Shown piece by piece: positions 26,803 through 37,233 of a DNA stretch of 37,405 nucleotides. Both the position numbers and the translations under genes were made by a program. The stretch lies in the NCBI GenBank assembly GCA_050117895.1, contig JASFLX010000003.1, forward strand, positions 1-37,405, given 5' to 3'. The stretch's first letter is position 1; each line of letters begins with the position of its first letter. Origin of the DNA: Desulfobacterales bacterium (lineage in GTDB: Bacteria; Desulfobacterota; Desulfobacteria; Desulfobacterales; UBA11574). The notes beneath the pieces were generated by a model. The model was not told the origin of the DNA and ran no database searches. It saw only the letters and a list, made by a program, of their open reading frames with translations.

Positions 26803-27929
26803 AGTTTCTCCGCAGCCTTGTCCAAGGTTTCATCCTTTTTCGCAAAACAGAATCGAAGAACTTGATGATCGTCTTTTTGATGATAAAACACCGAGGGAGG
26901 AATTGAAGCCACACCATGTTCGATGATAAGCCGTTTTGAAAATTCCAGGTCGGATTCATCAGAAATTTCCGAATAATCGAGCATCTGAAAGTAAGTGCCG
27001 TGACAGGCTATGGGTTTAAAGCGTGATTTTTCAATGAGTTTTAAAAATCTATCCCTCTTTTGTTGATAGAAGGCTGAAAGGTTCAGATAAACATCTTTGT
27101 TTCGCATGAATTCGGCGTAAGCAAACTGAATCGGCGTATTGGATGCAAATGTCAGAAACTGGTGCACTTTTTGAAATTCTTTGGATAAAACCGCCGGAGC
27201 AAGGCAGTATCCGATCTTCCATCCGGTCGTATGGTAGGTTTTTCCGAAAGAACTGATGACAAAGCTTCGTGAAACGAGCTCGGGATGGCAGGATATGCTT
27301 TCATGCCGGATGCCGTCGAAAATAATATGCTCGTACACTTCATCGCTCAAAATCAAAATTTCCGTATCTTTAACAATATGTTTCAATGCAGTTATGTCGT
27401 CACCCGACCATACGGCTCCGGTGGGATTATGGGGTGAATTTAGGATAATGAGCCTTGTCTTTGACGTGACTGCTCGCTTAACTTCATCCCAATCGATACG
27501 ATATTCCGGAAATCTAAATTTAACATATACCGGAACTCCTCCGTTTAATTCAATGGCCGGCACATACGAATCGAATGCCGGCTCCAGAACGATGACCTCA
27601 TCACCTTGATGAACAACAGCAGCGATCGCCGCGAATAATGCTTCGGTAGCCCCTGATGTCACGGTAATTTCAGATACGGGATCATAGACGGCGTTATATA
27701 ATTCCATTACTTTTTCAGCGATCATTTCACGAAGAATCGGAACGCCCTGCATCGGCGCATACTGATTATGGCCGGAACGCATATATTTATTCACCAGATT
27801 CAAAAGATCAGAATGAACATCAAAATCCGGAAATCCCTGTGAAAGATTTATGGCGTTATAATCATTGGACAGCTTCGTCATTACCGAAAAAATGGTAAGT
27901 CCCACATCAGGAAGTTTTGAACGTAGCAT
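26790..27929 (-). CDS. ybdL: PLP-dependent methionine/glutamine aminotransferase
   Basis: SKLPDVG.TIF, NLSQGFPDF, NSPHNPTG, SDEVYEH, SSFGKTYHTTGWK, RFCFAK. Confidence 0.9.
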   Translation of the reverse strand: MLRSKLPDVGLTIFSVMTKLSNDYNAINLSQGFPDFDVHSDLLNLVNKYMRSGHNQYAPMQGVPILREMIAEKVMELYNAVYDPVSEITVTSGATEALFAAIAAVVHQGDEVIVLEPAFDSYVPAIELNGGVPVYVKFRFPEYRIDWDEVKRAVTSKTRLIILNSPHNPTGAVWSGDDITALKHIVKDTEILILSDEVYEHIIFDGIRHESISCHPELVSRSFVISSFGKTYHTTGWKIGYCLAPAVLSKEFQKVHQFLTFASNTPIQFAYAEFMRNKDVYLNLSAFYQQKRDRFLKLIEKSRFKPIACHGTYFQMLDYSEISDESDLEFSKRLIIEHGVASIPPSVFYHQKDDHQVLRFCFAKKDETLDKAAEKLCRI

Positions 27930-28065
27930 CGGGGTCCACCGGTAATGAAATTTTTTCTATTCGTGTAAAAAATTTTGATCCCATTTGCAAAAAAATTGCA
28001 CCGTTAATTTAAAAAGGCATTGCCTTACTTTTGTCTTGAAATATATTTTTATTTTCAATCCGATA

Positions 28066-28094
28066 ACCATATTAAGACATAGATATTTAGTCAA
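28066..28094 (-). promoter_or_regulatory. Possible sigma70 promoter for ybdL-yafV
   Basis: On the - strand TTGACT-N17-TATGGT. Confidence 0.35.
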
Positions 28095-28314
28095 CTTTTA
28101 ATCTTTTCTACCCCCTCATTTACCGGAACTCTGTATGGAAATAGTGTTTTTTTAACACCTCCCGTCAAAACTTTGTCGGTATGTTGCCCTTGCTTTCATC
28201 ACTTTTTCCCCACAAGTTGAATATTTTTCACTCCGCATTTGTTTAAAGATCATATCTCCCTGAAATTAAATACTATTTAAAATTATTTGCCGGCTTATGG
28301 CAATCTGTTCAAAA

Positions 28315-28330
28315 TGGCACATCTATTGCA
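28315..28330 (+). promoter_or_regulatory. Sigma54 -24/-12 promoter
   Basis: Consensus TGGCAC-N5-TTGCA; possible enhancer CGTCA-N6-TGTCG at 28163-28178. Confidence 0.8.
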
Positions 28331-28435
28331 GATGCAAAAAAAGAATAACTTTGCGATCTGGAGAGCGACTTAAATTTTAGCCTTATAAAACGTGTGACGC
28401 ATTGGAAAAAAGTCTTTTTTGAGACCATCAAGTTT

Positions 28436-29746
28436 ATGTTAGACACCGTCATTCAAAACAAAAATTTAAATAAACATCTGACATCCTTCGAAAAAGGGAA
28501 AGTAATTTTTTTCGAGGGAGACGACACACAGGATCTGTTTATTTTAGTCTCCGGCCACATAGACATCTTAAAGGGGAAAAAAAAGATCGTAGAAATTACC
28601 GAAAAGGGATCTCTTTTTGGAGAGATGTCCTTTTTGCTCGGGACACAGAGAACGGCTACGGTAAAGGCGACAAATGATGTAAAGACCATCCGTATACCCA
28701 AACAAGAAATCGCCACCTTTCTTCATGAATTTCCTGACGTAGCCAGAGAAATTACAAAGCTTCTTGCCCAACGTCTTGATAAAACAAATCAGGTTCTTTA
28801 CGGTCTTAAAGAGTTTTGCGACCAACTTCCGGACGCTGTTATTGCAACCGACAAAGAAGGGAAGATCATCACATGGAATTTCGCTGCTGAAAAACTATAT
28901 GGCCGGACCTGGGATCAGATGTGCAACAAATCGGTAGAAAAAATATACGAAGAACCAAAAATTTACCAAAAATTTCTAAAAGAGGTAAAGAAAAAGCATT
29001 CCGTTAAGGAAAAGATCCTCAGAATTATACATCCCAAAAAAGGCACACGCTTTGTATCGACCAGTACCACCCTTCTTTATGACGACAATAAAAAATATCA
29101 TGGGATCCTTTCATTGGGCCGGGATGTCACATCGGTCACCAACGTAAAAAAACGGCCTCGACTAACCCGCTACCGGTATCTTAACTCTTTAATTGTATTT
29201 CTGTTTTTGGCTGGAGGTGCGTTTCTGGGCCACTCCTACTTTTCAAAGAACCCCCTTGCAATAAATGTTGAAAATCAAGAATTGAGAAATCAATTAAGCA
29301 AAGATTATCTTTTCTTGAAATCAACCTTATCCAATCATTTTATAGCCAAAAACAGAACAAAAACACATCCGATAATAAAAGATTTCTTTAACAATCAATC
29401 ATCTGCCGAGACGCCTTATTGCGGTCTGGTGCTACTTGACAGGAACAAGATCGTTTTTGATGCCTGTACCCTTAGAAACGAAACAGATGTTTCACATATG
29501 TTAGGAAGCAGTTATGCCGGGATAGCGTTTCAGGGTAGGGAAGACTCTATCCACAAAGCACTGTCTCTTTATCGTGCGGACAAAGATTATCCCATGGGAC
29601 GGAAAAGTGTGGAGATGGCCTTTGAAATAATGAAAAGAGGTCGTCTTTTAGGCTGGTTGATTTTTCAGATGGATATGGATCGACTGAAAAAAACTTATGA
29701 TATCGATGAAGCGAATTTAAAACAGTTCTATTTTAAGGAGTCGTGA
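28436..29746 (+). CDS. Membrane protein with cNMP-binding domain, PAS domain, TM helix and extracytoplasmic domain
   Basis: FGEMSFL...RTATV (cNMP), LPDAVIATD..G.I..WN.AAEKLYG (PAS), TM LIVFLFLAGGAFLG; start could be GTG 28394. Confidence 0.85.
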   Translation: MLDTVIQNKNLNKHLTSFEKGKVIFFEGDDTQDLFILVSGHIDILKGKKKIVEITEKGSLFGEMSFLLGTQRTATVKATNDVKTIRIPKQEIATFLHEFPDVAREITKLLAQRLDKTNQVLYGLKEFCDQLPDAVIATDKEGKIITWNFAAEKLYGRTWDQMCNKSVEKIYEEPKIYQKFLKEVKKKHSVKEKILRIIHPKKGTRFVSTSTTLLYDDNKKYHGILSLGRDVTSVTNVKKRPRLTRYRYLNSLIVFLFLAGGAFLGHSYFSKNPLAINVENQELRNQLSKDYLFLKSTLSNHFIAKNRTKTHPIIKDFFNNQSSAETPYCGLVLLDRNKIVFDACTLRNETDVSHMLGSSYAGIAFQGREDSIHKALSLYRADKDYPMGRKSVEMAFEIMKRGRLLGWLIFQMDMDRLKKTYDIDEANLKQFYFKES

Positions 29747-29794
29747 AACCAGGCCCCATAAAAATATCAAATCATTGCAAAAGAAAAGTTTTTT

Positions 29795-30931
29795 ATGGAA
29801 TCCATTAAAGATATTCAGTCCTGCCAATACGAAATTGCGGAAACCGATGACGGCAGTATGACCATTTACATCCAGGGAGAAATGGATTCATCCAATGCCT
29901 CACGAATGATCGAGATCTTTGGTTCTCTGATCAACGACCGGCAGCCGTCCTCTCTGACCGTGGATCTAAAAAAGGTCACTTATCTGGATGACTTTGGCGC
30001 ACTTGTCCTTGTTGAATTAAAAGAATTGATGATCCGTTCAAACGGCTTTTTTGACCTGAAAAACGCAAGAGAGGAGGTCCTCTCTATGCTCCATTCCGAA
30101 AACCTGACGGAAACGACCTCTTTTATTTCCGTTCGTCCTCCGAATATGTTTATACGGTTTGGAGAGGCGATTATCCAATACGCAGAAGATGTTAAATATC
30201 TGATTTCATTTGTTGGTTCTGTTTGTATCGCTTTTGTCAATTCCCTGTTGCACCCGAAATCGTTACGCATGGAAGAAACATGTTCATATATGCAAAAAAC
30301 AGGGGTTGACGCCCTTCCGATTGTTGGGATGATTAGTTTTCTTCTCGGTCTGATTGTGGCCTTTATGTCATCCGTTCAACTCCAGTTGTTTGGCGCCAAT
30401 ATTTATGTGGCTTCATTAGTCAGCCTTGCCATGTGTCGTGAACTGGGCCCCATTATGACAGCGATTATTGTAGCCGGAAGATCGGGTTCATCATTTGCCG
30501 CTGAAATAGGAACCATGAAAATATCTGAGGAGGTTGATGCCCTGTTCACCATGGGATTTGACCCCACACAGTATCTGGTTGTTCCCAAAATCCTGGCATC
30601 TATTATTGTGGTTCCGATTCTGACCCTATTTTCTGATATTTTTGCCATATTCGGAGGTCTTGTGGTCGGTGTCTTTATGCTCGATCTGACGGTGAGCGCA
30701 TATATTTCAGAAACCGTTAACACGTTGACCGTTTTCGACGTTTCTTGGGGAATCTTTAAAAGCGGCGTCTTCGCACTTCTCATATCGTGGATTGGCTGCT
30801 TGAGGGGATTTCAGGTTAAAGGAGGGGCGGCGTCTGTTGGGCATTCCACAACCTCGGCGGTGGTGAGTGGTATTTTTTTAATTATTGTTTCTGATGCTAT
30901 TTTTACGGTCATGCTCCGTTACCTGATTTAA
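29795..30931 (+). CDS. mlaE: MlaE-family ABC permease with N-terminal STAS-like domain
   Basis: VDLKKVTYLDDFG (STAS), RELGP, AGRSGS, AEIGTM, VG.STTSAVV. Confidence 0.9.
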   Translation: MESIKDIQSCQYEIAETDDGSMTIYIQGEMDSSNASRMIEIFGSLINDRQPSSLTVDLKKVTYLDDFGALVLVELKELMIRSNGFFDLKNAREEVLSMLHSENLTETTSFISVRPPNMFIRFGEAIIQYAEDVKYLISFVGSVCIAFVNSLLHPKSLRMEETCSYMQKTGVDALPIVGMISFLLGLIVAFMSSVQLQLFGANIYVASLVSLAMCRELGPIMTAIIVAGRSGSSFAAEIGTMKISEEVDALFTMGFDPTQYLVVPKILASIIVVPILTLFSDIFAIFGGLVVGVFMLDLTVSAYISETVNTLTVFDVSWGIFKSGVFALLISWIGCLRGFQVKGGAASVGHSTTSAVVSGIFLIIVSDAIFTVMLRYLI

Positions 30932-30980
30932 AAGTTTACATAACGTTTCGTCTTCAATAGATAATATTTACAAGAGGCTC

Positions 30981-31775
30981 ATGAAAAAAGAGAAAATTGT
31001 CCAGGTAAAAGATCTTGTTGCCGGTTATGACGGGGATATCATCCTTGACCGGATATCGTTTGATATTCGTGACGGAGAAATATTTATTATTTTAGGGGGA
31101 AGCGGTTGTGGAAAAAGTACATTGCTCAAACACCTTATTGGACTTATGAAACCCCTCTCCGGGCGAATAATTATCGATGGCGATGATCTCGCTGATTGTG
31201 ATGAGGCAACATTCAAAAACATATTAAGAAAGATCGGCGTTCTTTATCAAAGCGCCGCTCTTTTCGGTTCCATGACACTGGCTGAAAATGTGTCCCTTCC
31301 CATTAAGGAATATACCGATTTGCCTAAAAAATCCGTGGATACACTGGTTAAAATCAAGCTGAGTCTGGTTAATCTGAATGGCTATGAAAACTACCTTCCT
31401 TCTGAAATCAGCGGAGGAATGAAAAAGAGAGCGGGATTGGCAAGAGCAATGGCCCTTAATCCAAAAATTCTGTTTTTTGATGAGCCTTCAGCAGGTCTTG
31501 ATCCGGTAACATCGGCCGAACTCGACGACCTTATTCTCCGTCTTAATAGGAACTTAGGAACCACAATGGTTATCGTAACTCATGAACTTCCCAGCATATT
31601 TAATGTGGCTCACCGGGTAATAATGCTGGACAGGCAAAGCAAAGGGATTATCGCTGAAGGTGATCCTAACTATTTGAAAGATAACAGCAAAAATCCTTTT
31701 GTAAGAAATTTTTTCAACCGCCGGCCACAAAATTGCGAAAGAATTTTTAAAGATATGAATACGGATAGCAATTAA
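30981..31775 (+). CDS. mlaF: MlaF-family ABC ATPase
   Basis: GGSGCGKST, ISGGMKKR, FFDEPSAGLDP, VTHE. Confidence 0.92.
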   Translation: MKKEKIVQVKDLVAGYDGDIILDRISFDIRDGEIFIILGGSGCGKSTLLKHLIGLMKPLSGRIIIDGDDLADCDEATFKNILRKIGVLYQSAALFGSMTLAENVSLPIKEYTDLPKKSVDTLVKIKLSLVNLNGYENYLPSEISGGMKKRAGLARAMALNPKILFFDEPSAGLDPVTSAELDDLILRLNRNLGTTMVIVTHELPSIFNVAHRVIMLDRQSKGIIAEGDPNYLKDNSKNPFVRNFFNRRPQNCERIFKDMNTDSN

Positions 31776-31813
31776 ATCATTTATTATAAAAACTTAGAAA
31801 GACATATATCGTA

Positions 31814-32773
31814 ATGGCTTCCCAAAGAACCAAATTTGCCCTTGGATTATTTGTAACCTGCGGAATCGGAATTGCATGCTTTGCTATCATATGGTTGGGT
31901 ATGTCCAAGTTTTTTGAGAAAGGTCGGTATTATGCCACCTATTTCAATGAGTCCGTGCAAGGCCTTGGTGTAGATTCTCCCGTGAAATACAGGGGCGTAT
32001 CCATCGGCCGGGTAGAGGGTATTACCGTTGCCCCCGACGCAAAGTTAATACAGGTGGTATTAAAAATTGAGTCCGGTCAGACCCTTGATGGTGATATTGT
32101 TGCCCAGCTGAAATCCGTCGGCATTACCGGAAGCATGTTTGTTGAACTAGACCACAAGCAAGATGGAGAACCGGATTTTTCTCCTCATTTCAGCTTCCCT
32201 TCAGAATATCCGATTCTAGCGTCAAAACCATCCAATATCAATACGCTCATGCAAAGTATCGGCGATGCCCTTAGCCAGACAAAAGGAATGGATCTTGAAG
32301 GAATTTCCAAAAAATTCAAACGAACCCTCGACAACATAAATCAAGCCATTGCCGATGCGAATGTCAAAAGTATTTCCAAAAACATTGAATCATCCTTTAA
32401 AAAAACCGTTCTATCTATCAATATGTTAATGGATAAGGCCGGACGCAGCCTGGACCGGGCGGAAAACACCATCGGCCTGCTGGAAGGAATCACTGTTGCA
32501 AAACAAAACACCGTTAAAAAAGCCATAGACGATTTTAAGCAGACCATGGAAAACGCCAGCCTACTGTCAAAACAAGGCGTTTCCCTGGTCAATGGCACAC
32601 ATGATTCAATTTTTCTTCTGAGCCGCCACCTGTTAACTATTGCTCAAAACCTTGAGAAGGCCAGTGAAAATCTGAACCGATTAATCGAGTTGGTTTCCGA
32701 CCATCCATCTCAATTAATATTCGGCAAAGCGCCCATTCCCCGAAAGGTTGAACAGGATGACAGCGTAAAATAA
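31814..32773 (+). CDS. mlaD: MCE/MlaD-family protein with helical C-terminus
   Basis: N-terminal TM, SVQGL..DSPVKYRGVSIGRV, GITG. Confidence 0.88.
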   Translation: MASQRTKFALGLFVTCGIGIACFAIIWLGMSKFFEKGRYYATYFNESVQGLGVDSPVKYRGVSIGRVEGITVAPDAKLIQVVLKIESGQTLDGDIVAQLKSVGITGSMFVELDHKQDGEPDFSPHFSFPSEYPILASKPSNINTLMQSIGDALSQTKGMDLEGISKKFKRTLDNINQAIADANVKSISKNIESSFKKTVLSINMLMDKAGRSLDRAENTIGLLEGITVAKQNTVKKAIDDFKQTMENASLLSKQGVSLVNGTHDSIFLLSRHLLTIAQNLEKASENLNRLIELVSDHPSQLIFGKAPIPRKVEQDDSVK

Positions 32774-32786
32774 AAAGGGGACTTTA

Positions 32787-33431
32787 ATGAAACATTTTAA
32801 AATAATATCTCTTTTTTTAACGGGCTTTCCCATACTCTTAACCGGTTGCATGAACTTAAAACAACCGGTGAATAAGATCGACCACTACACATTGGAAAGC
32901 GTGCCTCCAAAGATTTCCGGCTTAAAACCCCTTTCCCATGTAATCAAACTGGAGCGTTTTACGACATCGCCGACATATAATACCCGTCGAATAATCTACA
33001 GGGATCGATCATTTAAAAGAGATTCTTATGTCTATTGTAGATGGCGGGCGAACCCCGGGGCGCTTGTAACCCATATTTTAAACCGAGACATCAGGTTTTC
33101 CCGTCTATTTAAGGCCACCTTAACTGCTGATAGCAGATTTATCTCTTCATATATGCTGGAAGGAACCGTGGATGAATTTTTCGAATGGGATATGGAAGAG
33201 ACATGGAAAGCCGTCTTATCCCTTTCCATCACTTTGATGGATGAAAAGGAAATAGAAGCCGGTGAAAAAATCCTTTTTCAAAAGACCTATCGGGAAGAAG
33301 CACCGTGTAAACAAAAAAATCCAAGAGCGCTGGCAGAGGCAATGAGCTGCGCAATGTCAGAAATTTCCGAGCACATCATTAAGGATATTTATGATTGTCT
33401 TAAAGATCGCGATCCATACACACCGGGCTAG
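32787..33431 (+). CDS. PqiC-like ABC transport auxiliary lipoprotein
   Basis: Lipobox LLTGC, IIYR...Y.RW..NPG, last gene of the MCE operon. Confidence 0.8.
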   Translation: MKHFKIISLFLTGFPILLTGCMNLKQPVNKIDHYTLESVPPKISGLKPLSHVIKLERFTTSPTYNTRRIIYRDRSFKRDSYVYCRWRANPGALVTHILNRDIRFSRLFKATLTADSRFISSYMLEGTVDEFFEWDMEETWKAVLSLSITLMDEKEIEAGEKILFQKTYREEAPCKQKNPRALAEAMSCAMSEISEHIIKDIYDCLKDRDPYTPG

Positions 33432-33452
33432 CAAACACCCCTGCTCTTCCCA

Positions 33453-33481
33453 TTGACACCCGCCAACGGTTAGCCTATATT
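33453..33481 (+). promoter_or_regulatory. Sigma70 promoter
   Basis: TTGACA-N17-TATATT. Confidence 0.65.
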
Positions 33482-33530
33482 GAACATATTAAAACCCCAT
33501 TGTAAATTTTTTCGCTGGAGAGAGACGATC

Positions 33531-34007
33531 ATGGTAAACAAAATAATTTCCGGCGGCCAGACCGGCGCTGACCGAGCCGCTCTTGATGTTGCGATTCAGT
33601 TGGGGATATCACACGGTGGATGGATACCCAAAGGACGGTTAACGGAAAACGGTAAGCTGGATGACAAATACCATCTCAAAGAGATGGCGTCGCCCAACTA
33701 TAACAAACGAACGGAACAAAACGTGATAGATTCCGACGGCACTCTGATAATATCCCATGGAAAACTCACCGGAGGATCAGAATATACTCAAGACATGGCG
33801 CTTCTTCATGGGCGCCCTTGGCTTCATATCGATTTAAACAAGACCGAGTCTTTTCAAGCCGCAAAACAAATCATATCTTGGTTGGCAGAACATGAAATTG
33901 AAGTTCTAAATGTTGCGGGTCCCAGAGCAAGCAAGGATTCCGCCATATACCCGACCACGTTTGATATCCTGGAATCTGTTTTTGCCGAGACGACTGATCT
34001 TTATTAA
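33531..34007 (+). CDS. Putative molybdenum carrier protein (SLOG superfamily)
   Basis: KIISGGQTGADRAALD, RTEQNV.DSDGTL, LNVAGPRAS; GGAG RBS before ATG 33531. Confidence 0.85.
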   Translation: MVNKIISGGQTGADRAALDVAIQLGISHGGWIPKGRLTENGKLDDKYHLKEMASPNYNKRTEQNVIDSDGTLIISHGKLTGGSEYTQDMALLHGRPWLHIDLNKTESFQAAKQIISWLAEHEIEVLNVAGPRASKDSAIYPTTFDILESVFAETTDLY

Positions 34008-34025
34008 CTCTCTAATGTGTCTATT

Positions 34026-34478
34026 ATGTTAAACATTATTTTTGTATGTACGGGCAATATCTGCCGCAGCCCCATGGCAGAAGGATTTTTGCGATATAAA
34101 TGGCACCAAATGAAACGAGATGATCTCATTGTTTCATCCATGGGCATTCACGGACTAAACGATTCTCCTGCCACCGAATATGCCCAGGATGTATGTAAAA
34201 AAAACGGCTTCGATATTTCATCCCACAGGGCACGATCTCTTGTCGGAGAAGAGTTGATGAAAGCAGATTTGATTCTATGCATGGAACCGGCACACAAAAA
34301 ATTCATTCAGGTTTTCTTTCCATGGCTTCGAAACCGAGTTGTTCTCCTTGGAGCCTGGCCCGACAAGGAAACCAGGAAAAGCGCCATCGAAGATCCCATG
34401 GGGAGTTCCTACAAAAAATATCAGAAAATATTTAATATCATCAAGGAACACATAGAACGAATCCTGCCCTTATTGTAA
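34026..34478 (+). CDS. Low-molecular-weight protein tyrosine/arginine phosphatase
   Basis: P-loop CTGNICRS, IEDP. Confidence 0.9.
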   Translation: MLNIIFVCTGNICRSPMAEGFLRYKWHQMKRDDLIVSSMGIHGLNDSPATEYAQDVCKKNGFDISSHRARSLVGEELMKADLILCMEPAHKKFIQVFFPWLRNRVVLLGAWPDKETRKSAIEDPMGSSYKKYQKIFNIIKEHIERILPLL

Positions 34479-34492
34479 TTAAGGATTGATCC

Positions 34493-35737
34493 ATGATCGC
34501 CCAAAGCATAGCAGGTCTGGCAGTATTTACGGGCATTGCCTGGCTGATTAGTGAAAACCGCACAAAGGTTCGTTTTAAAATTGTCATTGCCGGAATTTTA
34601 ATCCAGCTTGTTGTTGGATTAATTTTGTTAAAACTTCCTGTTTTCAGAAATTTTTTTATCTCTTTAAACCACCTCGTTCTATCCTTGGAAGAATCAACTA
34701 CTGCAGGAACATCCATGGTTTTCGGTTATCTGGGAGGGGGTACACTTCCGTTTGCCGAAAAATTTCCGGAAGCCAGTTTCATATTGGCCTTCAGAGCGCT
34801 TCCTCTGGTTCTTCTTATCAGTGCGCTGTCTTCTCTTCTGTTTTACTGGAACATCCTGCCTGTGGTGGTAACAGCCTTATCCTGGGCATTACGGAAGACC
34901 ATGGGACTGGGCGGCGCCGAAGGATTGGGGGTTTCGGCCAATATATTCATCGGTATGGTTGAATCCCCTCTTTTTATTCGCCCGTATCTGAATGATTTGA
35001 CTCGAAGTGAGATTTTCACACTGATGACGTCCGGAATGGCCACCATAGCCGGCACGGTCATGGTGCTCTATGCCAGCATCCTGAGTAAGGTCATCCCTAA
35101 CATTATGGGACATATTCTGACGGCTTCCATCATCAGTGTACCGGCAGCCATCATGATTTCCAAGATCATGGTCCCCGAAACCGGACGGCTGACTTCCGGA
35201 GAGCTGACATCTCCGGAAGAATCGTTAAGTGCCATGGACGCTATTACCAAAGGAACCATGCAGGGTATACAGCTCCTGATTAATATCGTCGCCATGCTCA
35301 TTGTCCTCGTGGCCTTGGTTCACCTCGTAAATATCATATTGGGTCTTTTGCCGGAATTTGGCAACCGTCCGGTTACGCTGCAAAGACTTCTCGGACTGGT
35401 AATGGCGCCGGTTGCATGGCTCATGGGTGTTCCCTGGAAAGAGGCACCCGTCGCCGGTGCCCTGATGGGAACGAAAACCATCCTCAATGAATTGCTTGCC
35501 TACCTGGATATGAGCCGTCTGGCACAAGGTTCCCTGAGTCATAAATCTTTAATTGTCATGACATATGCCATGTGCGGTTTCGCCAATCCCGGTAGTCTGG
35601 GGATTATGATCGGCGGTATGGGAACCATGGCACCCGAAAGACGCGATGAAATCGTCTCTTTGGGTTTTCGTTCCGTCGTTGCCGGCACCCTGGCCACCTG
35701 TATGACCGGAGCTGTTGTGGGTATTCTTGTTTTCTGA
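34493..35737 (+). CDS. nupC: Concentrative nucleoside transporter (CNT/NupC family)
   Basis: ANIFIGMVESP, GMATIAG, KTILNE, CGFAN; polytopic membrane protein. Confidence 0.88.
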   Translation: MIAQSIAGLAVFTGIAWLISENRTKVRFKIVIAGILIQLVVGLILLKLPVFRNFFISLNHLVLSLEESTTAGTSMVFGYLGGGTLPFAEKFPEASFILAFRALPLVLLISALSSLLFYWNILPVVVTALSWALRKTMGLGGAEGLGVSANIFIGMVESPLFIRPYLNDLTRSEIFTLMTSGMATIAGTVMVLYASILSKVIPNIMGHILTASIISVPAAIMISKIMVPETGRLTSGELTSPEESLSAMDAITKGTMQGIQLLINIVAMLIVLVALVHLVNIILGLLPEFGNRPVTLQRLLGLVMAPVAWLMGVPWKEAPVAGALMGTKTILNELLAYLDMSRLAQGSLSHKSLIVMTYAMCGFANPGSLGIMIGGMGTMAPERRDEIVSLGFRSVVAGTLATCMTGAVVGILVF

Positions 35738-35784
35738 CTCCAAAGTGGATAATGTAAAAAATGTAGGGTAAGTGAAGATTTGTT

Positions 35785-36579
35785 TTAAGGCGAATCTTTC
35801 TTGGAATGGGTCAAAAAGAGCGGACCGGTGCCGGTAAGAAAAAACATGGTCCAGTCAAATCCTAACTTCATCAGTTCAACATCCGACGTCTTCAACTTTT
35901 CAATTCTTTCACCGGTCAAATCAAATCGCGATAAAAAAGTACTCTCAAAGATGAATTTCTTAAACTCATCCACATTAAAACAAGCCATAAATGCCATCTC
36001 CAGGGCAGGGCTGTCAACCCCTTGAGAGCCCCACGGATTTGATCTGAATATTGAATCGATATCTACCCACAAATCATTCATTTCATTATATACTTCTATC
36101 TGCTGATCTTGAATCCACTCCGTTACGGTCCATTCTCGAGATTCTTTATGCCCAAGGCAATGGTCGTGTCGCATAATAAAGTATAAAACCTTACGTCCAT
36201 TTTTATAACCGCTTCTGGACACGGCGCGTTCCAGCGGATAAGCCCGACAGGAAAAGGGGCGGTCTTTGTATATGGTACATCCTTCATCAGACAGAAAGGG
36301 ACAGGTTTTCTCTTCATCGTCCGACATCTTAAGCGTAAGACTTGGAAAATAAGGATTGTCTCTAATTGCTTGAATAACATACTTTTTAAGAAATTGATCC
36401 GAAGGAATACCGAGCCTGTTTTTCATTCGTATAATATCATAGGGATAAAGATACATATCAGCATCCTTACAGCATCGGGTAAAACAGGCAACTCCCGGAT
36501 GGCATTCGAACCGTATCTTATCATCCGCATTAATCTCCTTTCTGCCGTTTATTTCTTTATTTAAGATTTTATCCTTCAT
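35785..36579 (-). CDS. YkgJ-family cysteine cluster protein
   Basis: FECHPGVACFTRCC, CPFL..GC.IY.DRP..CR.YP. Confidence 0.88.
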   Translation of the reverse strand: MKDKILNKEINGRKEINADDKIRFECHPGVACFTRCCKDADMYLYPYDIIRMKNRLGIPSDQFLKKYVIQAIRDNPYFPSLTLKMSDDEEKTCPFLSDEGCTIYKDRPFSCRAYPLERAVSRSGYKNGRKVLYFIMRHDHCLGHKESREWTVTEWIQDQQIEVYNEMNDLWVDIDSIFRSNPWGSQGVDSPALEMAFMACFNVDEFKKFIFESTFLSRFDLTGERIEKLKTSDVELMKLGFDWTMFFLTGTGPLFLTHSKKDSP

Positions 36580-36855
36580 AATTAAAAACTCTCTTCTTGG
36601 ATGTCTTGAGTTTTAACGAATAATCATAAAATGTTATCTTTAAGAAAAACGCGATTATATTTTTTTATCTACCCAAAGCAAGCAACATTTTTTTTAATTG
36701 TTCCGTTTTTCTTCAAAAAAACCTTGAACCATAATTTAATTTTTTATAAGGTATAGACATGATGGCAAATTTTTATTATTATGTGTTTTTAGTTCTCATA
36801 ACACTAAATATATTTTTATGTCTCCAATCTTTTAATCTTTAAAAAAAGAGCTGTC

Positions 36856-37233
36856 ATGAAAGAAAATACCAACACGGTCGAACCCAAGGAAAAAAGAGCT
36901 GAATTAAGAAAGGTACTGGACAGGTATTACAGCGTAGAGTTTAAGTTAAAAGAAACCGGCACTCTTTATCATTTTAAATTAAGAGATATTTCATCAAACA
37001 GCTTGGGAATTCTGGTTAATGAGGACTCTGCAGTTTTAGAATATTTAAAAGTAAATGATATATTGAAAATGAAATATTATCCGCCCGAAGCTTCAGGTTC
37101 GGCCGAACACTTAAAAACAAAAATCATACATATCACAAAAAAAGACGGAGAATCATTTAAAGGACATTTTTTAATCGGTTTGTCAATTATAGAAAAACAG
37201 ACTCTCGATAATAATGCTTCTCCAATTCATTAA
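36856..37233 (+). CDS. Stand-alone PilZ-domain protein
   Basis: EKRAELR (RxxxR), RDISSNSLG (degenerate DxSxxG), beta-rich C-terminus. Confidence 0.7.
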   Translation: MKENTNTVEPKEKRAELRKVLDRYYSVEFKLKETGTLYHFKLRDISSNSLGILVNEDSAVLEYLKVNDILKMKYYPPEASGSAEHLKTKIIHITKKDGESFKGHFLIGLSIIEKQTLDNNASPIH

